Source: an uncultured virus (IMG/VR IMGVR_UViG_3300024343_000011)
Lineage: Duplodnaviria > Heunggongvirae > Uroviricota > Caudoviricetes > Crassvirales
IMG/VR virus record: IMGVR_UViG_3300024343_000011
DNA: 64,000 nt
Reading direction: 5' to 3' (one strand)
Positions 14,598 to 22,379 of the stretch are shown here, piece after piece. Under the pieces are notes generated by a model, which saw only the letters and a list, made by a program, of their open reading frames with translations, was not told where the DNA came from and ran no database searches. The position numbers were made by a program, and so were the translations under genes. Each line of letters begins with the position of its first letter. Position 1 is the stretch's first letter.

Positions 14598-15277
14598 ATC
14601 TTTACGATGACTTCGGTCACGTAGCGACAGACATATTAAAAATATGCACAAAGTGCGGGAAGGCTAAGGACCTACTGAACTTTGGAATAAACTCTTCTAG
14701 GAGGAGCGGGATCCAGGAGACATGCAAGGAGTGCAAGGCGTTTTTAGAGAAGGTGCACAGGGCAAATAACCCAGACAAGTCCTCCGAAAAGTCAAAAAAA
14801 TACTATATCCTGAACAGGGGCTCTATAATAGAGAGGGTCAAGCAGTACGCAGACGACAACTCGGAACTATTAAAGCAAAAAAGAAAAGATTACTTTCAGC
14901 TGAACAAGGAGAGGTGGAACCAGTACGGGAAGGACAGGGCTAAGATCGACCCGGTATACAGAATAAAGGTCCATATGAGAAAGGTCCTGATCAAGGCGCT
15001 CAACGGGACCAGCAAGAGCAAGAAGACAGAGGATATCCTCGGCTGCAGCTTCTCAGAATTCAAGGAATACATTGAGGACCAGTTCGATCCATGGATGAAC
15101 TGGGACAATAAGGGCCTGTACAACGGTGATTTTAATTATGGATGGGACATCGACCATATCGTGCCACTGTGCACAGCAAAAAGTCCAGAAGAAGTGTTAT
15201 CTTTGAATCACTATACAAATCTGCGCCCACTGTGCAGCCATGTCAATAGAAATATCAAAAGAGACAAGCATGAGTAA
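14561..15277 (+). CDS. HNH-type endonuclease (probable freestanding homing endonuclease); start uncertain
   Basis: CTKC/CKEC Zn motif; WDIDHIVPL...NHYTNLRPL...N. Confidence 0.8.
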   Translation: MRNTGNTATFVVNLYDDFGHVATDILKICTKCGKAKDLLNFGINSSRRSGIQETCKECKAFLEKVHRANNPDKSSEKSKKYYILNRGSIIERVKQYADDNSELLKQKRKDYFQLNKERWNQYGKDRAKIDPVYRIKVHMRKVLIKALNGTSKSKKTEDILGCSFSEFKEYIEDQFDPWMNWDNKGLYNGDFNYGWDIDHIVPLCTAKSPEEVLSLNHYTNLRPLCSHVNRNIKRDKHE

Positions 15278-17033
15278 CCTATTAGAGCAAGCAAGTTTAG
15301 TCCTTATCCCGAGTGGATACAAGGAGGACGTAGTATATAGCCAAATACCTTTAGATGGAAGCGGAGATCTACAGCTGACCCGAGCATCCAACGGAACACG
15401 AATAAATAGTGCGGGGTTGGTGGAGGTTACGCCGTGGAATATAGCGGAGTATTCAGAAGACCAAACACAATGGACATCACAAAATGCGACCACAGTAACG
15501 GCAAATAGCACAACCGCACCAAACGGAACATCAACGGCTGACACAGTAACGCCAACGGCGGTGAATGATGACCATTATAGAGGCATTGGATTATCAAGCC
15601 AAGTTGGGGAATTAACCGCTTTTATTTATGTAAAGCCAAATGGGTACAATTTTTTTGATTGGGGTATTTATAATGGGTCAAGTTACTTAGTTCGTGCTAC
15701 CTTTGATTTGGTAAATTTAACTTACACATTTACAAATGCGGGAACGGCAACGATTGAAAGCGTAGGTAACGGATGGCTAAAATGTGGTATAAGCGGAAGT
15801 AATGCAAGTTTGTCAACCATTGATTTATATTATCGCATAAGACCAACGGGAGGCGCGGGGGGATTTACGGGTAACGGAACGAGCGGGGCATTCATTTGGG
15901 GCGCACAACTAAACATCGGCTCAACCGCCAAACCCTATTTCCCCACTACCGACCGCTTAAATGTTCCACGCCTAACTTATCAAAATGGCGGGGGCGGGTG
16001 TCCAAGTTTGTTGTTGGAGAAGCAGAGTACGAATTTGGTTACTTATTCTAACGATGCAACACAACAAGGGCTTAACAATATGTCGGCAACGGCGAACACC
16101 GCAACAAGCCCAGATGGAACTCAAAATGCAGATACAATAACACCAAGTGCGGGAACATCAGACCACTATTTAATTACGGGCGGCGCAAGTGTTTCAAGTG
16201 GCGTTATATTTACGGCAAGTGTTTTTGTTAAAAAGAAAGATTCAGATTATTTATATTTTGGTACGGGAGGCGCAGCGGCGTGGGGCTCGGTTGCTTATAG
16301 ATTTTCAACAAATACTTTTTTTAATGTTGGTGGTGGTGTTACAAGTTATAACGCAACTGATATGGGTAATGGTTGGATTCGTTTGACAAATACGGGCACA
16401 ACGGGTGGAACAGATTTGCGTATTTTGTTAACCCCAAGCGATTCGAGTGGTGCAAGAACATTTAACGCCAACGGAACGGATGGATTATATATTTGGGGAT
16501 TACAGATTGAACAAAGTTCGTATGTAACAAGTGCAATCGAAACCACCTCAGCAAGTGCCACAAGGGTGGCGGATGCTTGTTTTAAGACGGGGATAAGTAG
16601 TTTGATTGGGCAGAGTCAAGGAACAATTTTTATTGATGCAGTAATGAAGCCAACGGCGGGGGGGTATGATTGCATAATGAGCGTAAACGATGGGACGTTT
16701 GCAAATAGCGTTAATGTGTTTACAAATCCAACCCAAGATTATTATTTTGAAATTTATTCGGGCGGAGTGGTTCAAGCAACAGGGATGTTTGGTGCATTGC
16801 CAGCAACACGAATCAAATTTGCAGTTGCTTGGAATAGTACAAATAGCGTTTTTTATGTGAATGGTTCTTTATTGAACACAAGTTCGTCAATAACCACACC
16901 AAGCGGAATGGGAAGTTTTAATTTTAGCGGACCAAGCAATAGTTATACAATGGGCAAAAAGGAGGTAAATCAATTTTTGTCTTTTACTACAAGATTAACA
17001 AACGCAGAACTTGCCTCACTAACTACCTTATGA
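15270..17033 (+). CDS. head-spike fibre-like adhesin with duplicated carbohydrate-binding-like domain and C-terminal LamG-like domain
   Basis: TRASNGT, NVPRL, LLLEKQSTNL, two APNG/SPDG..AD...GNGW...IWGxQ units, TRVAD; resembles RcGTA Rcc01080 (from memory). Confidence 0.65.
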   Translation: MSNLLEQASLVLIPSGYKEDVVYSQIPLDGSGDLQLTRASNGTRINSAGLVEVTPWNIAEYSEDQTQWTSQNATTVTANSTTAPNGTSTADTVTPTAVNDDHYRGIGLSSQVGELTAFIYVKPNGYNFFDWGIYNGSSYLVRATFDLVNLTYTFTNAGTATIESVGNGWLKCGISGSNASLSTIDLYYRIRPTGGAGGFTGNGTSGAFIWGAQLNIGSTAKPYFPTTDRLNVPRLTYQNGGGGCPSLLLEKQSTNLVTYSNDATQQGLNNMSATANTATSPDGTQNADTITPSAGTSDHYLITGGASVSSGVIFTASVFVKKKDSDYLYFGTGGAAAWGSVAYRFSTNTFFNVGGGVTSYNATDMGNGWIRLTNTGTTGGTDLRILLTPSDSSGARTFNANGTDGLYIWGLQIEQSSYVTSAIETTSASATRVADACFKTGISSLIGQSQGTIFIDAVMKPTAGGYDCIMSVNDGTFANSVNVFTNPTQDYYFEIYSGGVVQATGMFGALPATRIKFAVAWNSTNSVFYVNGSLLNTSSSITTPSGMGSFNFSGPSNSYTMGKKEVNQFLSFTTRLTNAELASLTTL

Positions 17034-17404
17034 AAACCTTTTTGAAATTTGAGTTCACCCCTACACAATGGGCAACACTTCGCAAGTTAATAGAGCAAAC
17101 TACAACCACACCCGACGGGGAGCAAACTTCTTGGGTTAATTGTGCAGTAGTTGAGATAGGATTTATTTGTTTAGAGTGGGGGCAAGTGGATGACAAACCC
17201 GTGTGTACCAAGCAGTCCGATAAATGGGCGGTTGATATTCTATTTTATGCAGAACCACCAAAACAATTTGAGCCGTATGAGGTATTTCCGTCGCCAGTCG
17301 GAATACATACGTTTGCTGGTTGTGATGATTTGTATTTACAAAGTTTTTGCCGTAAATTCCCAGATAGTGAATATTGCAAATTGCCAGAATTAAATGCAAA
17401 ATAA
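17030..17404 (+). CDS. fibre-associated protein (apparent homing target gene)
   Basis: 124 aa; VDIL...P.GIHTFAG motif. Confidence 0.7.
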   Translation: MKTFLKFEFTPTQWATLRKLIEQTTTTPDGEQTSWVNCAVVEIGFICLEWGQVDDKPVCTKQSDKWAVDILFYAEPPKQFEPYEVFPSPVGIHTFAGCDDLYLQSFCRKFPDSEYCKLPELNAK

Positions 17405-18224
17405 AATAGGCATAGTATACAAATGGGAAAACATTGATAACCAGAAATGGTATATCGGGTCACACTATGGCAAATTAGATGATGGGTATATTGGTAGCGG
17501 TAAGGTTTTTCAAAACGCATACGCAAAAAATCAAAATAAAATGATTCGTTCTATTTTGTATACGGGCCAAGATTTTAGACAAGCGGAGGAGTTTTTTTTA
17601 TTGTATTTAGATGCCGCACGAGATAGGCAAAGTTATAACATGAAAAACACGGCATTGGGCGGAGGGCCAACTGTTGAAAATATGTCAATTGAAACAAGGC
17701 AAAGAATATCTGATGCCTTAAGAAATCGTGTAAGAAAACCATTTTCCGAGGAGACAAAAAACAAAATTAGCGCAACGCTTACAGGAAGGAAAGTGCCAAA
17801 AGAACTTTGCGAAAAAAGAAAATTAAATTCATTAGGCGATAAAAATCCATTTTATGGCAAAGTCCATACTGATGAGACAAAAGAAAAAATTAGAACGGCC
17901 AACAAAGGCAAGTGTCACTCTGGATTTGAATTTATGAAAGCCTTACACAAAAAGGCGCAAAAAAAAGTTTATTCTGGATTGTGCAATTTGACATTTGACT
18001 CACATAACGATTGTGCAAAATATTTTAATGTAAACCCTTCATCAATTTCAAACATGATAGCAAATAGAATAAAAAATAGGTTTTTATTAACCATAGAAAT
18101 GCCAAATCCTTGCGGGGTGCATACATTCAGCGGTGATGAGAGTTTGTATCTCAAGACCTTTTGTGCCAAGTTCCCCGATTCACCTTATTGCATAATCCCA
18201 ACACCAAATGATTCAACAAACTGA
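17394..18224 (+). mobile_element. GIY-YIG homing endonuclease with NUMOD3-like repeats
   Basis: GIVY..EN..N.KWYIGSH, YN...GG, SEETKNKIS, NPFYGKVHTDETKEKI. Confidence 0.9.
18102..18224 (+). repeat. displaced duplicate of the 3' end of gene 17030-17404
   Basis: PNPCGVHTFSGDESLYLKTFCAKFPDSPYC vs PSPVGIHTFAGCDDLYLQSFCRKFPDSEYC (from 17288). Confidence 0.9.
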
Positions 18225-18387
18225 CTCAGCCGCTAATACCCTCACAACAATTACGGGGGTTGCAGCCGTAGCATCTTTCGCCACGGCATGGCAGCCAATT
18301 ATATCAATGGTCGTTGGAGTGATCGGTTGCATCTCCGGTGTACTAGCATGCATTTACTACGTTAAGGGCATTGTAAAGAAGAGCTGA
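18208..18387 (+). CDS. putative holin / small membrane protein (not in ORF track)
   Basis: 59 aa; two hydrophobic segments and a basic C-terminus. Confidence 0.55.
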   Translation: MIQQTDSAANTLTTITGVAAVASFATAWQPIISMVVGVIGCISGVLACIYYVKGIVKKS

Positions 18388-18509
18388 TGGCGGCCAAGGT
18401 AAAGTCAAACGTATCCACATTCAGAGCAAAGCCTCGCAGGAAGCTTCGCCGGCATACCAAGCACGCTAACAAGCACAAAAGCTTTAAACCGTATAACAGA
18501 CAAGGATAA
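18387..18509 (+). CDS. small highly basic protein (not in ORF track)
   Basis: MAAKVKSNVSTFRAKPRRKLRRHTKHANKHK...YNRQG; stop/start overlaps on both sides. Confidence 0.55.
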   Translation: MAAKVKSNVSTFRAKPRRKLRRHTKHANKHKSFKPYNRQG

Positions 18510-18853
18510 TGAAAGACGCTTGCTACACCAAGGTAAAGGCACAGTACTCTGTCTTCCCATCTGCCAGGGCTTCTCAAGCAATTGCCAAGTGCAGAAAAGG
18601 GGCCGGGGTAGTTAGAAAGACAAAGGCCGGATCAGACCTAAAGCGTTGGGGATCCGAGAAGTGGGTAGATACCAAGAGCGGGAAAGCCTGCGGTGCCGGT
18701 GGCTCTAACGAGTACTGCCGCCCGTCGAAGAGGGTATCCTCCAAGACTCCGGTGACAAGGTCAGAGATGAGCCCTTCAAAGCTTGCAGCGAAGAAGGCCG
18801 AGAAGTCAAGAGTGGGCATGGGCTCACGGGTGAGCAATGTAAAGAGGAAGTAA
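18509..18853 (+). CDS. basic conserved phage protein
   Basis: DACYTKVK...PSA, LKRW..EKWVD, YCRPSKRVSSKTP. Confidence 0.7.
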   Translation: MKDACYTKVKAQYSVFPSARASQAIAKCRKGAGVVRKTKAGSDLKRWGSEKWVDTKSGKACGAGGSNEYCRPSKRVSSKTPVTRSEMSPSKLAAKKAEKSRVGMGSRVSNVKRK

Positions 18854-18934
18854 TGATGCTCGAGGGATTCTTGTTCGGGCTATTATTCATTACCTTTACA
18901 ATCGGAATTTCATACATTATAGGAGAGTACTTAG

Positions 18935-19204
18935 ATGGCAAAGATTACAGGGAAAAACACTAGGCCGGGCAGTAACAAAGTTACTGGCCGAGATTATTCA
19001 AAAGAAAAAGAGTATCAGTCTTCCCCCAAACGCCGGGCGTATCGCTCTGAGCTTAACGCTGAGGCACGCGAGCGAGGGATCTACGGTAAGAGAGCGGCTA
19101 TGTCGAAAGACCTTTCGCACACCAAGAGCGGGAAGATGGTGCTAGAGAGCAAGTCGCTCAATCGCGCCCGGAACGGAAGCGGGTCTAAGTCGACCAAGAA
19201 ATAA
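18935..19204 (+). CDS. small basic protein, degenerate HNH-like
   Basis: RDYSKE...KDLSH...NRARN. Confidence 0.55.
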   Translation: MAKITGKNTRPGSNKVTGRDYSKEKEYQSSPKRRAYRSELNAEARERGIYGKRAAMSKDLSHTKSGKMVLESKSLNRARNGSGSKSTKK

Positions 19205-19209
19205 CCAAC

Positions 19210-19893
19210 ATGTTCAGACCACCGACCAAATACTCCGAGTATCTACAGGACGTACTAAAGTCTATAGACCACATCCTCAAGATGCTGAGAAAGCCGAAGG
19301 TCGACAAGATCATCGCCGGAACGTACATATCTGTGTCTCCCGCATCTGGGACCGGAGATGTGACTGTAAGCGTTAACACCTCATTGCTACACGCTGGAGG
19401 TCTTTACTCACAGACACAGCAGAGCGTACCCGTAACCACCTCTGGTAGCTTGATTGATGGTGGTGTGGGAACTCTAACTATCCCAGCAAATGGATTTCAA
19501 GTTGGTGACTCTTTCAATGCGTTCTTCTCTGGCCAAATGTCATCTGCCAATAACGAGCAGATATCGATAACTATAATGGCAGGGGCTGTAACGTTAGCAT
19601 CAAGTGGGACTATAACGCTTCCTTCGACAACCAATAAAAACTGGGAGCTGTACATTACGTTTACAATTAGGGCCATTGGATCTGCGGGAACGGCATCAAT
19701 TGCAACTTCAGGCACCTTCTTCTTCAATAAGGACGCTAGTAATGCTCCAGAGAGTGTTGGCTTCTTTAGTCAAAACAATACAACATTTAGCACTACAATT
19801 AGCAATACTCTACAAGTGAATGTGCAGTGGATAACTGTAAACCCAGCAAATACAATACACACGGACCTTTTTAATGTGTATCGTATTTATTAA
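19210..19893 (+). CDS. putative structural/fibre protein
   Basis: IIAGTYISVSPASGTGDVTV; S/T/G-rich beta domain. Confidence 0.55.
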   Translation: MFRPPTKYSEYLQDVLKSIDHILKMLRKPKVDKIIAGTYISVSPASGTGDVTVSVNTSLLHAGGLYSQTQQSVPVTTSGSLIDGGVGTLTIPANGFQVGDSFNAFFSGQMSSANNEQISITIMAGAVTLASSGTITLPSTTNKNWELYITFTIRAIGSAGTASIATSGTFFFNKDASNAPESVGFFSQNNTTFSTTISNTLQVNVQWITVNPANTIHTDLFNVYRIY

Positions 19894-19907
19894 GTAAATT
19901 TGCATCA

Positions 19908-20141
19908 ATGAAAAAGATGATGGAGATGTTCAAGGGAGACAAGGGCGAGATCTCGTCTAAGCGTGTCGTTGGGATCGTGGGGGCCTTGGTGCTTTTTGCG
20001 ACCATGGCACACAACAGCTTGAGCCCACAAGAGATCGCTCCTAGCAAGGACCTCGTGGCCGCGGTTGAGTTTGTGGTGATCGCATGCCTTGGATTCACAA
20101 GTATCGACAAGTTTGCGAACAGGAACAATGCCGAAGGATAA
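19908..20141 (+). CDS. putative holin-like membrane protein
   Basis: SSKR followed by two hydrophobic helices. Confidence 0.5.
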   Translation: MKKMMEMFKGDKGEISSKRVVGIVGALVLFATMAHNSLSPQEIAPSKDLVAAVEFVVIACLGFTSIDKFANRNNAEG

Positions 20142-20418
20142 GCCGATAGCAAAGACGACCACCGGAAAGGGTGCCAACTACTTGCCAACGAGCAAGGGCG
20201 CGGGCATGACTGCTAAGGGAGTAGCTGCGTATCGCAAGGCCAATCCAGGCTCAAAGCTAAAGACAGCCGTAACGGGCAAGGTAAAGGCAGGAAGTGCAGA
20301 CGCAAAGAGGCGTAAGTCATTCTGTGCTCGCAGCGCTGGTCAGATGGCAGACTTCCCAAAAGCAGCGGCAGACCCGAACTCACGCCTCAGACAGGCACGC
20401 AAGAGATGGAAATGTTAA
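20128..20418 (+). CDS. basic conserved phage protein (DUF6321-like)
   Basis: GMTAKGVAAYR..NPGSKLK, RRKSFCARS, SRL..A...WKC. Confidence 0.65.
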   Translation: MPKDKPIAKTTTGKGANYLPTSKGAGMTAKGVAAYRKANPGSKLKTAVTGKVKAGSADAKRRKSFCARSAGQMADFPKAAADPNSRLRQARKRWKC

Positions 20419-20822
20419 AATACGCTATTGCTATATTGTTACTCACATCGTGCAGTGCTAACTGGCACTTGAAGCGTGCTATCAAAAAAGACCCCTCACT
20501 GCTGAAGGGTGGAGACACTGTGCTAGTACACGATACCCAGTTTGTCACAAAGGAGCGTGTGCTTACAGATAGCTTCTTTACCACATGCTACGACACGATT
20601 GTTATGGAGGATAGCTTTGTATACACCAAGGTGATCCGAAGGGACAATGTAATTAAAGTTTACACCAAGTGTAAGTCAGATACCATACGTGTTACCACCA
20701 AGATCCCTTTCAGCTTGCCACCAACAGTATCGTACAAGAACGATCCTTTCTGGAAATCTTTGGCAATTGGCTTCGGTACCTTGTTATTGTTAATTATTAT
20801 CCTTAGATTTGTACTTAAATGA
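20406..20822 (+). CDS. putative unimolecular spanin
   Basis: N-terminal lipobox LLTSC plus a C-terminal TM helix. Confidence 0.55.
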   Translation: MEMLKYAIAILLLTSCSANWHLKRAIKKDPSLLKGGDTVLVHDTQFVTKERVLTDSFFTTCYDTIVMEDSFVYTKVIRRDNVIKVYTKCKSDTIRVTTKIPFSLPPTVSYKNDPFWKSLAIGFGTLLLLIIILRFVLK

Positions 20823-21067
20823 AATCATTAGAAACACAAGAATTAGAATCGCTTAGATCTTTGAGCTCAAAGGTAAAGAACCTAAAGGAAGAGATCGCTG
20901 ACATTGAGGTAAACTTGTCTCGCTTGAACAACCGTAAGCCTGCTCTTATCTTTGATATTGAGAACACCGCTGAGGAGTTGACAAGCCTGCAAGGAGAATT
21001 GCAAGAGAAGTACGGTAACGTTGTTATCGACCTAAACACAGGAGAAATAAAAGATGGGCAATATTAA
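20819..21067 (+). CDS. coiled-coil hypothetical protein
   Basis: Ends EKYGNVVIDLNTGEI. Confidence 0.6.
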   Translation: MKSLETQELESLRSLSSKVKNLKEEIADIEVNLSRLNNRKPALIFDIENTAEELTSLQGELQEKYGNVVIDLNTGEIKDGQY

Positions 21068-21317
21068 TAACTATACGGTAGACAACTCTTTAGTTGGTAC
21101 CGAGAAACTTTTGATGTCTAACACACCCGCCGGTGGTGCGACAAATAACACGACCGTTGATGCGGTTGCTGTCTACACATTCGGAGCGGGAGCTCCTAAA
21201 GTTACACAAGCTCAGAGACTCGCTATCGTATCTCCAGTTGTCGGTCAGTTGGTTTACCAGACAGACGCAACTGAAGGAACGTATCAGTACAAGTCTACGG
21301 GCTGGGTTGCGTTATGA
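21054..21317 (+). CDS. putative structural protein
   Basis: PKVTQAQRLAIVSP..GQLVYQTD fibre-associated motif. Confidence 0.55.
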   Translation: MGNINNYTVDNSLVGTEKLLMSNTPAGGATNNTTVDAVAVYTFGAGAPKVTQAQRLAIVSPVVGQLVYQTDATEGTYQYKSTGWVAL

Positions 21318-21535
21318 TCGTAAGGAAGGTATCTATAGGCCAGGACTACAAGTCTGATGCCATGCACTACGTGCTTGGTCAGGACGTGCTGCGTGGCGAG
21401 TACAAGATATCTCTCATGCTATTAAAGGACGACGGTACCGTAGCCGTTTGGATCAAGAATGCCTCTGGTATGATGCTTTGGAAGACCTTCAACAGCAACA
21501 TGCCAATCTCAATCGAATACGATATAGACTTTTAA
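21314..21535 (+). CDS. conserved hypothetical protein
   Basis: IVRKVSIGQDYKSDAMHY...PISIEYD. Confidence 0.65.
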   Translation: MIVRKVSIGQDYKSDAMHYVLGQDVLRGEYKISLMLLKDDGTVAVWIKNASGMMLWKTFNSNMPISIEYDIDF

Positions 21536-21540
21536 ATAAA

Positions 21541-22098
21541 ATGAAATCACCGCTCTACTTTGTGGTAGAGCCTGTTGGCGACAAGCTTTACGACAGCACA
21601 ACAGATTACGGGCTCATACTGAGCTCATCAAAGGAGGACCACACGGCAACCAATCGATTTGCTACGGTCATCGCCACTCCGATCGGTTACACTGGGGAGA
21701 TCGTTCCCGGTGACACACTCATGGTACACCATAACGTGTTCAGAAAGTACTTCGATGTACGCGGAAAGGAGAAGTACGGCCCCTCTCACTTTAGGGACAG
21801 CACCTTCTTCATCGACTTCGACCAGTTCTTTTTGTATAAGCACGAAGACGTCTGGAAGGCGCCGCACCCGTACTGCATGGTAAAGCCATTGGAGAATGAT
21901 AACTCCACTATTATCAAGAGTACTGACATGGAGGCACCGCTGGTCGGGATCCTCAAGTACGGAAACGAGTACCTTTACTCTAAGGGGCTCAAGGACGGTG
22001 ACATGATCAGTTTCCAGCCGGAGAGCGAGTACCCGTTCACGGTGGACGGAGAGAAGCTGTACCGGATGTTTAGCAAGAACATATGCGTGGCACTATGA
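21541..22098 (+). CDS. tandem GroES-like protein
   Basis: GLIL...ATVIATP...PGDTLMVHHNVF and a second unit VKP...GLKDGDMISF...GEKLYRM. Confidence 0.5.
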   Translation: MKSPLYFVVEPVGDKLYDSTTDYGLILSSSKEDHTATNRFATVIATPIGYTGEIVPGDTLMVHHNVFRKYFDVRGKEKYGPSHFRDSTFFIDFDQFFLYKHEDVWKAPHPYCMVKPLENDNSTIIKSTDMEAPLVGILKYGNEYLYSKGLKDGDMISFQPESEYPFTVDGEKLYRMFSKNICVAL

Positions 22099-22379
22099 CC
22101 GAGAAAGAATTCAAGGAAAAGATTATAGAGGCCGCAGAGAAGGCTATACACGAGCTGATTGCAGTGGCAAAGGAGCCGATCCTGAATAATAACTCAGAGA
22201 CTGACCTGTCTGCAGACAAGCTGAAGAACGCTGCTGCCACCAAGAAGCTGGCCATCATGGACGCATTCGATATCCTCAAGAGGATACAGGAGGAGCGAAA
22301 CATGCTAGAAACGCCGGAGGCCAAGGTATCTGCCTCTGTAGAGACCAAGAAGGGATTTGCAGAAAGATTCTCTAAATGA
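22095..22379 (+). CDS. possible terminase small subunit
   Basis: Helical protein coupled directly upstream of terL. Confidence 0.4.
   Translation: MTEKEFKEKIIEAAEKAIHELIAVAKEPILNNNSETDLSADKLKNAAATKKLAIMDAFDILKRIQEERNMLETPEAKVSASVETKKGFAERFSK

Noticed and set aside
14597..18224. Group I introns hosting the two endonucleases
   Set aside because: Both ORFs overlap their neighbours, leaving no room for a ribozyme core; no P7-like elements noticed.
11707..18224. Diversity-generating retroelement (TR/VR pair)
   Set aside because: No reverse transcriptase in the window, and the duplicated 3' ends differ at all base types rather than only at adenines.
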